Part shown: piece by piece, positions 62,830 to 64,000 of the stretch
Layout: the number at the start of each line of letters is the position of its first letter
Numbering within the stretch: position 1 is the stretch's first letter
Assembly (NCBI GenBank): GCA_024679065.1
Contig: JAGIQG010000001.1
Coordinates: 123,876,001 to 123,940,000, forward strand
From: Sphyrna mokarran
Lineage: Eukaryota
Direction of reading: 5' to 3'
DNA: 64,000 bases
Made by a program: the position numbers and the translations under genes
Notes under the pieces: model-generated
What the model was told of the DNA's origin: nothing
What the model saw: only the letters and a program-made list of their open reading frames with translations
Database searches by the model: none

Positions 62830-64000
62830 TGTTATGAATGCCAGTTCTGAAAATTACATGAGACTCTTTCATTCATGTCATATATGCAGCACTTGTGTCT
62901 GCTCAATACTTGCCTGCATTCCCAAATTTCATATTCCTGTGTGTTCATGCCTAAATGCAGCAAGTGCAATGCTGAGCCATTGAGTGCTATATTTCCCCTT
63001 TAACAGCCTGGTAAAAGTCACGGGTTCCAATGGCTAGCTTCTCAAGGAGAAACATGTCCCTTCTCTCAGCCTTGATTCCATTTAGATTTTGTAGCAATAG
63101 CAAGTTGCAAAGCGCCTGCAGAAAGGGCCTTTAATGCAACTGTGCAGTCCATGCACACTACCTCAGACCCATCTGTTCAGATTTGCTTACATTTTCTATT
63201 TGTGATTATGTCAATATTCCAGAGCACAAGCTGCTAGTTCTCCACTATTCTCCATTACTTAGAGATCATCTTTTCCACTCCCTCCCCCTCACTGTCCACA
63301 TCCCAGCTGGAACCTCATGATGAGAAGGTAGAACTTCTTCCTGTTGTCTATGGCCTCTCCCAGAATTGTTAGATCCTATTGACAGTGTTGTCAACATTTC
63401 TACCATATCCCCACTCCGACACTCCCCACCACTGCCCATCATTGTTGACATATCCGTGCCTCATGTGGACCTCTATCTCCCCAACTAGAGGCTGTGTGCA
63501 TAGTCACCCATTGAGAACTCCCCCCATTATTTTCTCCCCAGTGTACAGGCTATAGATACCTCCCATAACCATTACCACCCCATCTGCAGTCCAGTATAGA
63601 GCCTGACAAGCCAATGGACATGAACCGTGAAAACTGCCTGCACATCATTATTCTATATGAAAACATAGCACATACCTGTCCCTGGAGTGGGAATACAATG
63701 TGTGTGCTATTCATAGTCTACTGGGGTTCCTACAGTAGAGTAGAAACCCCAGAACTGTTTCTACTCTACTGCTCTTGATTATGAGGTCCAGAGAGCCCAA
63801 GAATAGTCTATACATTCTGACTGTGAGCCGAAGGCGATATTTTATTTTGTTACTCTGACTTGTTGGCCCGAGACTGAGGACTTTGACACATATTGAATTC
63901 CTCACTGCTCTCATAAGTGAAAACTACACTGTCTCCCAGGAAACGGGCAGTTCAAATTCTCTGGGTAAATTTATCACTGCCTACTCCCAACCTTGCCATG

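Noticed and set aside
56117-64000. Expected upstream TLL1 exon (CGETLQ...PGEK) and the astacin protease exons
   Set aside because: Not found by eye; presumably beyond the window end, so this stretch is treated as intron

Overview
Vertebrate genomic DNA, AT-rich and repeat-dense. The repeat content (HE1-type V-SINEs with HER1/CR1 LINEs, Deu-type SINEs, Harbinger MITEs) points to a cartilaginous fish, probably a shark. The whole window lies inside one minus-strand gene, tolloid-like 1 (TLL1). Ten coding exons (56116 down to 149) join in frame with GT-AG boundaries. They total 1498 nt and encode the end of CUB1, CUB2, EGF1, CUB3, EGF2 and CUB4, matching exons 10-19 in recalled human TLL1 numbering. 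The introns hold CR1/HER1, Rex1/Babar, Tx1 and L2 LINE relics, several SINE families, PIF/Harbinger relics and MITEs, and Penelope-like elements (PLEs). The most notable signal is a set of minimal hammerhead-ribozyme motifs from three PLE-type repeat families. One copy (44855-44895) is structurally intact and lies on the same strand as the TLL1 pre-mRNA, and two others face each other in a perfect-length 91-bp-arm palindrome (32472-32666). Also seen are a decayed two-gene Harbinger with nested insertions, local inverted and direct duplications, and a possible BMP1-short-like truncation site after CUB3. Repeat-family names come from recalled motifs, not from a database search, and repeat boundaries are approximate unless TSDs are given.
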